This document shows, piece by piece, positions 1 through 8,557 of a stretch of 59,132 bases of DNA. The notes under the pieces were generated by a model. It did no database searches. It was not told the DNA's origin and saw nothing but the letters and a program-made list of their open reading frames with translations. Where the stretch lies: the NCBI GenBank assembly GCA_964405295.1, contig CAYONI010000002.1:1-59132 (forward strand), in the 5' to 3' direction. This DNA comes from an uncultured Methanosarcinales archaeon (lineage in GTDB: Archaea; Nanobdellota; Nanobdellia; Woesearchaeales; CAYZNE01). The position numbers and the translations under genes are program-made. How positions within the stretch are numbered: the first letter of the stretch is position 1; each line of letters opens with the position of its first letter.

Positions 1-134
1 ATATAACAACAGAATCAAATGGAACAAAACAATTGATTACTGCTGCAGCAGAAGGTTCAATAGCTGCAACCACGGCATTTGAGAATAATAGGGAATGTAA
101 CAATAAAGATAAGAATGAAACTTGTATAGATTAG
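1..134 (+). CDS. trxB: Thioredoxin reductase-like FAD oxidoreductase, C-terminal fragment (5' truncated by the window)
   Basis: Frame from nt 3 reads ITTESNGTKQLITAAAEGSIAATTAF...CID*, matching the TrxB C-terminal motif QxxTAxxEGxxAA. Not in the ORF track. Confidence 0.75.
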   Translation, partial: ITTESNGTKQLITAAAEGSIAATTAFENNRECNNKDKNETCID

Positions 135-145
135 GAGGTATGAAA

Positions 146-1087
146 ATGGAAAAAATATTACTTACAGGAGCTTTTGGTCAAATTGGTACAGAACTGTTTC
201 CTAAATTACAAAAAAAATACGGAGAAGATAGTGTTATTGCTCTAGCTCATGAGCATGTTCCTGAAAACTTTTTAGGAATCACTGAAAAAGGTGATGTTAG
301 AAATAAAGAAGTTCTAAAAGAAATTATTATAAAACATAAAATTACCCAGATTTATCATTTAGCATCTTTACTTTCAGCTGTTGGAGAAACTAAACCTCAG
401 TTGGCATGGGCAGTAAACATGGATGGTCTGAAAAATGTTTTAGATTTGGCTCTTGAATTCAAGTTGAAAATATTTTGGCCAAGTTCGATTGCAGTTTTTG
501 GTCCAACCACTCCTCGTGAGAATACTCCCCAGGTTACTCCCTGTGAACCTACAACTATGTATGGTGTAACAAAAGTTGCAGGAGAACTTCTTTGTCAATA
601 TTATAATTTAAAGTATGGATTAGATGTTAGAAGTGTACGTTTTCCTGGCCTAATCAGTTTTAAAGCAGAACCTGGTGGAGGAACAACAGATTATGCAGTA
701 GCAATATTTTATGGTGCTTTAAATGATAAAAAGTATACTTGTTTTGTTAATGAAGAAACAGTTTTGCCCATGATGTATATGGATGATGCTATTAAATCAA
801 TAATAATGTTAATGGATGCTGATTCAGATAAAATAAAAATCAGAACAAGTTATAATCTTACTGCAATAAGTTTTTCAGCTAAAGAATTAGAACAAGAGAT
901 ACAGAAGGTAATTCCTGAGCTTAAAGTTGAATATCAACCTGATGCAAGACAAAAAATTGCTGATTCTTGGCCAAGGGTTATCGATGATTCAGAAGCTAGA
1001 AAAGATTGGGGATGGAAACATGATTTTGATATAACTAAAATGACTGAAGTTATGCTTGAAAACTTGAAGAAAAAGTTAAATAAATAA
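146..1087 (+). CDS. NAD-dependent epimerase/dehydratase (SDR), L-threonine 3-dehydrogenase-like
   Basis: GAFGQIG Rossmann motif, YGVTK catalytic motif, GGGTTDYAV and RQxIADSWP motifs of the SDR-type threonine dehydrogenases. SD GGAGGT at 134-139; start is 146 or 140. Confidence 0.85.
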   Translation: MEKILLTGAFGQIGTELFPKLQKKYGEDSVIALAHEHVPENFLGITEKGDVRNKEVLKEIIIKHKITQIYHLASLLSAVGETKPQLAWAVNMDGLKNVLDLALEFKLKIFWPSSIAVFGPTTPRENTPQVTPCEPTTMYGVTKVAGELLCQYYNLKYGLDVRSVRFPGLISFKAEPGGGTTDYAVAIFYGALNDKKYTCFVNEETVLPMMYMDDAIKSIIMLMDADSDKIKIRTSYNLTAISFSAKELEQEIQKVIPELKVEYQPDARQKIADSWPRVIDDSEARKDWGWKHDFDITKMTEVMLENLKKKLNK

Positions 1088-1126
1088 AAACAAAAACTAA
1101 TGTTTTTGGTCATTTACCAAGATAAA

Positions 1127-1180
1127 TAAAACAAAAAATAATAATCATTTTTTGATCATTTACTGGAGATGAATAAAATG
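1127..1180 (+). repeat. Copy 1 of a ~54-bp direct repeat (hairpin-GATCAT element plus RBS/start)
   Basis: TAAAACAAAAAATAATAATCATTTTTTGATCATTTACTGGAGATGAATAAAATG, near-identical to 2539-2592. Confidence 0.85.
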
Positions 1181-2143
1181 AAAATACAAGAACTTTTTGA
1201 ACAAAATATAATTTCATTAGCAAAACAACCAAAAAATAATGATTTTAATATTGAAGATTTAACTAAATATAATCTTTTACTTATTCCTATAGACCATGAT
1301 TATCCTGGTGGTTCTGCTGCAATGCATAATGCGGTTTTTGAAAAGTTTCTTCCTAGTTATAGAACTATATTTGTTGTTTCAGATCCAAGTAATGCTAAAC
1401 TAATTTTCGAAACATTTAGAAATGATCCTTCTTATGTTGGGGGAGGAGTAGGTTCTGGATTTAAAGACAAAGCAATCAAATATGTTGATGAACTTGACGA
1501 TTCTGCTAGAATAGTTGGGAGTATAAATGTTATAAAAAAAGTAGACAATAAGCTTGTTGGTTATAATACAGATGGTGTTGGGTTTCTTAAAGGTTTAATT
1601 ACTGAATATCCTAATGCTGTTAAAAATAAAAACATTGTTCTTCTTGGTGCAGGAGGAACAGCACTTGCTATTGCTTATGAATTAGCAAAATCAAAGCCAA
1701 AACAGATTACTATTCTTAATAGAACAGTAAGTAAGGCAGAATATATCTCAAAACTTATTAGTTCTTATGTAAACACTACATTTAGTGGTGAAGGGGATAT
1801 TGCAAAATATTTACAAAATGCAGACCTTGTAGTTAATACATCAAATAAAGGTGCAGGATCATTCAAAAAGTATAGTGCTTTTGGCCCAATAACAAATGAC
1901 TTTGAGGAAGATGAAAGAATTGCAAAGCAAAACCTTTCTAAGCTACCTAAAAAGGCTATTGTTGCGGATATTATTCTCGAAGGTTTTTCTAAAACATTAG
2001 AATTTGCACAACGAGCAGGTTATAGAATTCATAATGGTAAAAGTATGAATTTATATCAGGCAGTACCTGCACTTAAAATAATGGCTCCACTTAAGAATGT
2101 TGATGAGCAAACACTAGAAATTATCATGCGTGATGCTTTATGA
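1178..2143 (+). CDS. Shikimate dehydrogenase family protein (divergent AroE-like)
   Basis: AAMHN, GSINVI, GYNTDGVGF, GAGGTA, ILNRT and MNLYQA motifs. The canonical TxP(H/F)K motif reads GSGFK. Confidence 0.8.
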   Translation: MKIQELFEQNIISLAKQPKNNDFNIEDLTKYNLLLIPIDHDYPGGSAAMHNAVFEKFLPSYRTIFVVSDPSNAKLIFETFRNDPSYVGGGVGSGFKDKAIKYVDELDDSARIVGSINVIKKVDNKLVGYNTDGVGFLKGLITEYPNAVKNKNIVLLGAGGTALAIAYELAKSKPKQITILNRTVSKAEYISKLISSYVNTTFSGEGDIAKYLQNADLVVNTSNKGAGSFKKYSAFGPITNDFEEDERIAKQNLSKLPKKAIVADIILEGFSKTLEFAQRAGYRIHNGKSMNLYQAVPALKIMAPLKNVDEQTLEIIMRDAL

Positions 2144-2541
2144 TTAAACTTGAACTTTCAAGAAATGAAATGGCTTTTCGAAAAAGATATGAACAAACAG
2201 TGTTTGATGGAACTCTCACAACTGTTTTTCGACCAGGGAACCGTATGTTTCCTAATTGGAGGGGTTATAAAAAAGGAGAACAAATTACTGCTCGAATAAT
2301 AAAAAAAGTGGGTAATGATGCTAAACTTATCTCTCCTGTTTTTACCAAAAATAAAAAACAAGTTAAAATAAAAAATATTGAAGTAATAAATATGAATAAT
2401 TTGAACAAAAAAGATTTTATTTATAGTTGTCCTAATGTAAAAACAATTGATGATTTAAAAAAGCAGTTCGTTTGGGTTTATAATAAAAAACCAGAAGAAT
2501 ATAATAATATTGTTACTAAAATACAATTAGAATATGTTTAA
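2140..2541 (+). CDS. ASCH/PUA-like domain protein
   Basis: MAFRKRY...DGTLTTVFRPG...LKKQFVWVY...VTKIQLEY resembles the ASCH GxKTxTxR pattern. 4-nt overlap with the upstream gene. Confidence 0.6.
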   Translation: MIKLELSRNEMAFRKRYEQTVFDGTLTTVFRPGNRMFPNWRGYKKGEQITARIIKKVGNDAKLISPVFTKNKKQVKIKNIEVINMNNLNKKDFIYSCPNVKTIDDLKKQFVWVYNKKPEEYNNIVTKIQLEYV

Positions 2542-2592
2542 AACAAAAAATAAGAATCATTTTTTGATCATTTATCAGAGATAAATAAAATG
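2539..2592 (+). repeat. Copy 2 of the ~54-bp direct repeat
   Basis: TAAAACAAAAAATAAGAATCATTTTTTGATCATTTATCAGAGATAAATAAAATG. Confidence 0.85.
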
Positions 2593-2934
2593 GTAGAATA
2601 TATGTGCAAACAATTTGAGTTTAACTCACTGGTTAAGTGTAGTTTTTCTTTGTCAGATTCAGAACTAAAGATATTTTTAGAGCTAATGAAGTGTAATAAT
2701 CCTATCTGTGTTGTTGCATTATCAAAAAAGATTAAACGAGATAGAAGCACAATACAGAAAGTTATGAAAACACTTCTTGAAAAAGATTTGGTTGTTAAGA
2801 AAAAAATCAATCTTGAAGAGGGAGGGTACATATTTTATTATTCACCAAGATCTAAGGTTGAATTAAAGAAACAAATGCTAGATTCAATTGAAGTTTGGCA
2901 TTCTAATGTTAAGAAAGAAGTAATGAAGTGGTAA
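2590..2934 (+). CDS. Winged-helix transcriptional regulator (TrmB/COG3355-like)
   Basis: KCSFSLSDSELKIF...DRSTIQK...LLEKDLV...GGYIFYY, typical of this archaeal HTH family. Confidence 0.75.
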   Translation: MVEYMCKQFEFNSLVKCSFSLSDSELKIFLELMKCNNPICVVALSKKIKRDRSTIQKVMKTLLEKDLVVKKKINLEEGGYIFYYSPRSKVELKKQMLDSIEVWHSNVKKEVMKW

Positions 2935-2937
2935 CTT

Positions 2938-3399
2938 ATGAGAAAATTATTGCGTAAAAAAGAAATAAGAGAACTTAAGGGATTACTTAAAGAAGAAGTT
3001 CTAAAAAATGCTAAATTTGAACAGTTTAAAGATGATGATGGAGAATTTGTTTTTGCAGATGCGGTTCCTTTGTTGTTTAAGTATAACAATAAGTGGATTT
3101 TAACTTTACATTCTTTAATAAAAGAGTCTAATGAAATTCAATACAAAGAAGTTGTTGTTGATGCAGGTGCAATAAAGTTTGTTGCAAATGGTGCAGATAT
3201 AATGCGACCAGGAATAACCAAGATTGATAAAGAAATTTCTAAAGATGAAATCATAATTGTTAGAGAAGAAACCCACAATAAGCCTCTGGCTTTAGGTTTA
3301 GCAATTTTTAGTGGGCAGGATATGAATTCTGCAACTTCAGGAAAGGTTGTAAAGAGTATTCATTATATTGGAGATTCTATTTGGAATAAAAAGTTATAG
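2938..3399 (+). CDS. PUA-domain RNA-binding protein (MCT-1/Tma20-like, DUF1947)
   Basis: VVVDAGAIKFVANGADIMRPGI...GKVVKSIHYIGD. Confidence 0.85.
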   Translation: MRKLLRKKEIRELKGLLKEEVLKNAKFEQFKDDDGEFVFADAVPLLFKYNNKWILTLHSLIKESNEIQYKEVVVDAGAIKFVANGADIMRPGITKIDKEISKDEIIIVREETHNKPLALGLAIFSGQDMNSATSGKVVKSIHYIGDSIWNKKL

Positions 3400-3447
3400 A
3401 TCGCTATTCAATATATTTTTAAAGCAACTAGTTTTCTTTTTGTTAAA

Positions 3448-4608
3448 ATGATAATTCCAAACTATAAACAAAAAAATATTGTAAATCTTACGAGTTCTAT
3501 ACTCTCATCTTTAGGTGTAAAATCTCAGTACGCAAAGTTAAAAGGTCTAAGCTCTACTAATCTTGAAAAGAGAGAAAATATTGTTCTGATTGTACTTGAT
3601 GGATTAGGTTATGAATGGCTTGTTAATAGAGCACCAAATTCATTTATGGGCAAAAATTTGAAAGAAAAATTAGGTTCTGTATTCCCATCTACAACTGCAG
3701 CTGCAATCCCCATGTTTATGACTGGTTTCCCTGCACAACAGCATGCTCTAACTGGGTGGACTGTTTTTTTTAAAGAAATTGGTGCTATGGTTAATGTTTT
3801 ACCTTCAATGCCAACCATGGGCGGTAACACTTTTTCTGATTATGGAGCTCATCCTGATGAATTATATAATTTTACTTCCCTTTTTAAGAATATTAAAAGA
3901 GATTATTATGTTGTAACTAAAAAAGGTTTATTATCATCAGATTTTAATTCAAAGGTTACTTCGAAATCAAAGAATCTTGTTTATTCTGACGGGTCAGTAA
4001 ATCATCTTTTTAGAAAAATAAAAAAAGCAATAAAAACTAAAGGGAAAAAATATGTTTATGCTTATTGGCCTTTTTATGATATGCTATGTCATCATCATGG
4101 GCCAAAATCTAAAGAAGTAATGAAACACTTTATTGATTTTGATAGAAAGTTGATGAAATTTATTTCAACCATTGATTTGAATAACACAACTGTTTTATTA
4201 ACTGCAGATCATGGCTTTGTTCAAACTTCAAAGTCAAAAGAGATTTATGTTAAAGATCATCCCAAACTGAAAGAGTGTTTAACAATGCCTCTTTGTGGTG
4301 AAAACAGGGTTACATATGCTTATGTTAAACCTTCAAAAACGAAAGATTTTGAGAAGTATATGAAAACAAAGTTATCTTCTTATTGTAATATAATTAAGAG
4401 TGATCTTGCGATTAAAAAGAATTATTTTGGTTTGTTTAAGGCAAATCCCAAACTTAAAGACAGAATTGGTGATTATATAATTATTATGAAAGAGAATTAT
4501 GTTCTTAAAGATTATTTGATAAATAAAAAATCACCTGGTTTTGTTGGGCAGCATGCAGGTGTTTCGAAAGAAGAAATGTTTGTTCCGTTGGTTATTTTTG
4601 ATGAATAA
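3448..4608 (+). CDS. Alkaline phosphatase superfamily protein (nucleotide pyrophosphatase/phosphodiesterase type)
   Basis: LDGLG, SVFPSTT, YDMLCHHHGP, TADHG and GQHAG metal/active-site motifs. Confidence 0.85.
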   Translation: MIIPNYKQKNIVNLTSSILSSLGVKSQYAKLKGLSSTNLEKRENIVLIVLDGLGYEWLVNRAPNSFMGKNLKEKLGSVFPSTTAAAIPMFMTGFPAQQHALTGWTVFFKEIGAMVNVLPSMPTMGGNTFSDYGAHPDELYNFTSLFKNIKRDYYVVTKKGLLSSDFNSKVTSKSKNLVYSDGSVNHLFRKIKKAIKTKGKKYVYAYWPFYDMLCHHHGPKSKEVMKHFIDFDRKLMKFISTIDLNNTTVLLTADHGFVQTSKSKEIYVKDHPKLKECLTMPLCGENRVTYAYVKPSKTKDFEKYMKTKLSSYCNIIKSDLAIKKNYFGLFKANPKLKDRIGDYIIIMKENYVLKDYLINKKSPGFVGQHAGVSKEEMFVPLVIFDE

Positions 4609-4681
4609 TTTCCGTAATATTTCCGGATTTTTAAGTAGTATTTTATAAATAACCCTTACTTTCTTAATGTAAGGTGATTAA

Positions 4682-4846
4682 ATGGCAAACTACAGAGAAG
4701 TTAAATATTGCAGAAGATGCAAAAAGAGATATTTAGTGGATAAAGGTGAAGGAAAAAAAGTATTCTGTGAAGATTGTTATAAATTAGTTCTTAAAGAACG
4801 AGCTAAAGCTGCTAAAGAAGATGAAGAAAAAGATTCTAAAGAATAA
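4682..4846 (+). CDS. Small zinc-ribbon protein (CxxC-x15-CxxC), 54 aa
   Basis: MANYREVKYCRRCKKRYLVDKGEGKKVFCEDCYKL...; SD AGGTGA at 4672-4677 and TATA-like TTTATAAA near 4643. Not in the ORF track. Confidence 0.8.
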   Translation: MANYREVKYCRRCKKRYLVDKGEGKKVFCEDCYKLVLKERAKAAKEDEEKDSKE

Positions 4847-4881
4847 TTAAATTAATAAATTAACCACCTTTTTATTCTATT

Positions 4882-5495
4882 ATGCGTACAATATTCTTCC
4901 ATGGAGATAGAAACAAAAAACAAATTGCCATTACTTTTGACGATGGCCCTTCTAGTATAACTTTTAAAATTTTAAAAGTTCTAAAAAAAGAAAATATTCC
5001 TGCAACATTTTTTATTATGGGTAAAAAAGTTAACAATAATAAAAAAGTTCTAAAACAAATGATTAAACAAGGTTGTGAAATAGGAAATCATACTTATAAT
5101 CATACTGATTTAAATTTTAAGTCTTCTAAGGTTATAAGAACAGAACTATTAGATACTGATAGAAAGTTAGGGGATATTAATATTAAAACAAAAATAATGC
5201 GTTGTCCTCATTTTAGATTTGATTCGAAAGCAGTTTCTGTCATTAAAAAATTAAAAAAGATGATGATTTTTGTTGATATTGATAGTTTAGATTGGATAAA
5301 AATTTTACCCATGAAGTTTATAATTTTCTTCGTTTTAATAAGAGTAAGAAATGGTTCAATAATCGGCTTCCATGACTATCTTGAAGGAATTGGTGATAAC
5401 AAAAGAGTTGTTTCTATTGTTCGGGATGTAATTCGTAAATTAAAGAAAAGAGGTTACACAAATTGGTTACTGTTTCTGAGATGTTGGAGTTTTAA
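4882..5495 (+). CDS. Polysaccharide deacetylase (CE4/NodB family), frameshifted near the C-terminus
   Basis: TFDDGP, HTYNH, DSLDW and FHD motifs. The canonical end GY-KLVTVSEMLEF* is in another frame after an extra AC at about 5458-5459. Confidence 0.8.
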
Positions 5496-6051
5496 TATTA
5501 TTTTTAACAAGAGTGGCAACTTGATGGGGTATATATTCTTTTATATTATATTTTTCTAGAAATAATTCTACCTTTTTCATGTTGTTAGCTAGGTTATTGT
5601 TTTCATCTTTACAAACAACTTCTATTGTTAGTGGTATATTCTCAACATCTTCTATGTAAATAAATAGATCATTTTGTTTATATTCCAATCCTGTTCTTTC
5701 AAATGAAAATTGAATTTCTAAATTGCTTAAATGTTTTCTTGCTTCATCTAAAGAATTACATTCAATAAAGGGAGAACCTACTGGCATCCTAAATATTTGA
5801 AAAGCTTTCTTCCATGTTATATCTTTTTTAAAAAAAGGGTAGTATTTTCCAATTTTCATATTTGGCCAATTATTCTTTTGTATGTGCCTAACCCATTTTA
5901 GATTTTTATCTGTATTCTCTGGACTAAGAACATAATCTGTGAATGTTGATTCACCTAGAAATTCTGAATCTGCTTTTATATTAGCTATTAGGTTTTTATT
6001 CAAATAAGCTCTTTTGCACGCATATTTTTTTAGATCTGTCATATTAATCAT
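5467..6051 (-). CDS. CYTH (class IV adenylate cyclase/triphosphate tunnel)-like protein, divergent
   Basis: TDY...WVR...LEIQFSFERTGLEY...IYIEDVENIPLTIEV layout resembles CYTH; the N-terminal ExExK motif is absent. Confidence 0.45.
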   Translation of the reverse strand: MINMTDLKKYACKRAYLNKNLIANIKADSEFLGESTFTDYVLSPENTDKNLKWVRHIQKNNWPNMKIGKYYPFFKKDITWKKAFQIFRMPVGSPFIECNSLDEARKHLSNLEIQFSFERTGLEYKQNDLFIYIEDVENIPLTIEVVCKDENNNLANNMKKVELFLEKYNIKEYIPHQVATLVKNNIKTPTSQKQ

Positions 6052-6079
6052 TACTCTTTATTAATTTAAAAAATTAATC

Positions 6080-6496
6080 CTAAAATGCTATCTTTTTCTC
6101 TAATAATCTAAAGCATGTTCCTATTGCAATTGCAATAAAGAGTGATATAACTAACTTGTAAATAAAGAAAGTTACACCAAAATAATTTATTTCAAAGAAT
6201 ATTCTTCCAGGACCAATCAGTGTTTGTCCTGTAATGAATGCAGCGATTATACTTAGTGGTATACCCTTATCTTTTAGTGTCTTTAAAGTTGGTAAGAACC
6301 CTATTAAAGGGCCTGGTGTAGCAATTCCTATTGCAGAGGCTTTTATTATATTCTTTTCATTTTCTTTTAAAGATTTTTTTAGTTTATTCTCATGTAAATA
6401 TAATTTTATTATCTGTGAAACGATTATTGCGATAATGATCACTGGGAGAATTGTTATGAATTTAATGAAACTAGAAGATAATATTTCAACAATCAT
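6080..6496 (-). CDS. Small permease (ArsP/DUF318-like half-protein)
   Basis: Hydrophobic helices and a GIATPGP motif; overlaps its paralogous partner. Confidence 0.6.
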   Translation of the reverse strand: MIVEILSSSFIKFITILPVIIIAIIVSQIIKLYLHENKLKKSLKENEKNIIKASAIGIATPGPLIGFLPTLKTLKDKGIPLSIIAAFITGQTLIGPGRIFFEINYFGVTFFIYKLVISLFIAIAIGTCFRLLEKKIAF

Positions 6497-6906
6497 AATA
6501 ATACCTCTATCAAGATTCCTCCGGCAGTAACTAAAATTGCAGTAAGGATGGTTCTAACTGTGAAAAATTTCATACCAAAATATTTTATACTCATGTATTC
6601 TCTTGCAAAAGATTCTGTAATAACTTCTCCTGCAACTAATGCGAAGATAACTCCAAACCCTGCACCTTTTAATAATAAACTTGCCGCGATTGGATAAGTT
6701 GCATATCGCGGTATTGGTAAGATTATGCCTATAAGTGCAGCCAGCGGGATGGCCAGATAAATATTTTTGCCTATTAAGCTGGCAATAATACTATTTGGAA
6801 TGTAAATTTCTATTAGAACACCAATTATTATTGCAATAAAAAATAAAGGCAATATTGTTTTCATCTCTTTGAGAGAATTGATTAGTATTGTTTTTGTTTT
6901 GTTCAT
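6493..6906 (-). CDS. Small permease (ArsP/DUF318-like half-protein)
   Basis: LAALIGIILPIPRYATYPIAASLLLKGAG motif. Confidence 0.65.
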   Translation of the reverse strand: MNKTKTILINSLKEMKTILPLFFIAIIIGVLIEIYIPNSIIASLIGKNIYLAIPLAALIGIILPIPRYATYPIAASLLLKGAGFGVIFALVAGEVITESFAREYMSIKYFGMKFFTVRTILTAILVTAGGILIEVLL

Positions 6907-6922
6907 TTAATTTGCTCAAATA

Positions 6923-7381
6923 CTATTTCATTGTTGCAATTAAAGAATCTTTGTCTATAAAAAGATCAAGCGCATCAACTACTGATGGTACAATTATATC
7001 AGCAAATGGTATTACATCTATATGAATACCTTCTTTTTGTAAGGTTAAGATTGATATTTTTGCATGTTTGAATGTTTCTATATCTATTCTAGAATTACCA
7101 ATGCTTGCACAATGTTCTGGCTCAAGATTTAGAATTGCTTTTTCTTTTTCTTTTTGGTTTTTGCAGATCTTATACTCAATTCCAAGTTTTTTACATAGCT
7201 TGTCTGCATTTCCTCTCTGATTACCAGTTAATAAAATTATATTATAACCTATTTTTTCTAGTTTTTTGATTTTTTTTACTGCACCAGAAATAATTTTTCC
7301 TTTAACAGATAGTGTTCCATTAAGATCAAGAAGGATTGTTTTTATTTCTATTTTTTCTCTATTAGGTATGTCAAATATCAT
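6923..7381 (-). CDS. HAD-family hydrolase (soluble P-type ATPase-like, COG4087)
   Basis: LDLNGTL, LLTGN, SIGNSRID and QKEG motifs. Confidence 0.8.
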   Translation of the reverse strand: MIFDIPNREKIEIKTILLDLNGTLSVKGKIISGAVKKIKKLEKIGYNIILLTGNQRGNADKLCKKLGIEYKICKNQKEKEKAILNLEPEHCASIGNSRIDIETFKHAKISILTLQKEGIHIDVIPFADIIVPSVVDALDLFIDKDSLIATMK

Positions 7382-7421
7382 TATAAACCTCTTTTATTTA
7401 CTGCCTGTCACTGAAAGTCAT

Positions 7422-8504
7422 TTACTTTCCATAAACAATTTTTTTAGCTGTAGGCAGTGCTTTCTTAACTTTTGTTTGATGTTCTGTTAAGAATTTTCCT
7501 AACCATTTTTTGCAATTATTTTTGCATTCACCACAAAGAAGATTTCCTGATTTGCAATCTTTGTAAGTTTTATCCAGGAATTTATCGTCAGTATTGTGGA
7601 ATTTGAACATTTCGTAAACTTTACAAATATCAGGGTTAGCACCTTTTGCTCTTTGTTCTTCAAGAGTATCCCTCCCACCAGTAAAAGTTTTATTAATTTT
7701 TTTCTCCATTTCTTTTAATGAATCATTTAGAAAAACTGCAGTATTTGGCTCAGAAGTGCTCATTTTGTTACCTTCTTTTAATCCAGATTGGTGAATAAAG
7801 TAAAAGAATGAAGGAACTTCAATATTGTAATTGATTTTTTTGGATACGTCTCTAGTGATTCTTGCATGAGGGTCTTGATCTAAACCGATACCTGTGATTG
7901 TTGGAGCTTTCCCAAACATAAATGGGAGTTGGACATGCAGAATATCTGCAATTTGTAGCAGAACTGCAGACATTTTCCCTAGGTCTACATGACCATATAT
8001 TGCTTGAAACGTATTTTGTGTAATTTTTTTAGAAATCTCATAAGTTAGTTGATAATACTCTTTCTCTTTTTGAGATTGAACATAAATATCTTTTGGTTTT
8101 ACACCAAGAGCAATAAGGTCAGCCACATTTCTTACTGCAACTTCTTTGGCGACTTCAATGGTTGCAACTTTTGAATCAGGTCTACTAACATAGCCGTCAA
8201 TGTCACAAATACAAAATTTACTCTCTGCACCTAATCTTTTGAATAAGTTGAAAAAATCTACATCTACTTTGTGCCCAAAGTGTAAGTCTCCAGAACAAGC
8301 AATACCTGTTAGTTGTAGAAATTTCTTTTTGTTCTTTATTGCATTTGAAATTTTACTGAAATCTCTTTCTGCAATAATTATTTTTCTTTTGAAAAGATAG
8401 TTATCTGTTAGATTGTAATCTTTAAATTCATTTAGCCCGAATTCTTTGAATACGTGCTTATAATTGGTTATTTTATTGCTTCCCCATGCGTCTATTTTTG
8501 TCAT
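7422..8504 (-). CDS. trpS: Tryptophan--tRNA ligase (archaeal type)
   Basis: IDAWGS, LHFGH (HIGH), GLDQDPH, KMSTS (KMSKS), TGGRDTLEEQR and LCGECK. Confidence 0.95.
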   Translation of the reverse strand: MTKIDAWGSNKITNYKHVFKEFGLNEFKDYNLTDNYLFKRKIIIAERDFSKISNAIKNKKKFLQLTGIACSGDLHFGHKVDVDFFNLFKRLGAESKFCICDIDGYVSRPDSKVATIEVAKEVAVRNVADLIALGVKPKDIYVQSQKEKEYYQLTYEISKKITQNTFQAIYGHVDLGKMSAVLLQIADILHVQLPFMFGKAPTITGIGLDQDPHARITRDVSKKINYNIEVPSFFYFIHQSGLKEGNKMSTSEPNTAVFLNDSLKEMEKKINKTFTGGRDTLEEQRAKGANPDICKVYEMFKFHNTDDKFLDKTYKDCKSGNLLCGECKNNCKKWLGKFLTEHQTKVKKALPTAKKIVYGK

Positions 8505-8557
8505 GGCTTATATTAAGAGTGGCTTTTTATAAAATTTATTGTAAAATTATAGAAAAG

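Noticed and set aside
1085..2592. CRISPR array or integron attC array
   Set aside because: Only 2-3 repeat copies at irregular spacing; no cas or integrase gene; no GTTRRRY/RYYYAAC core sites.
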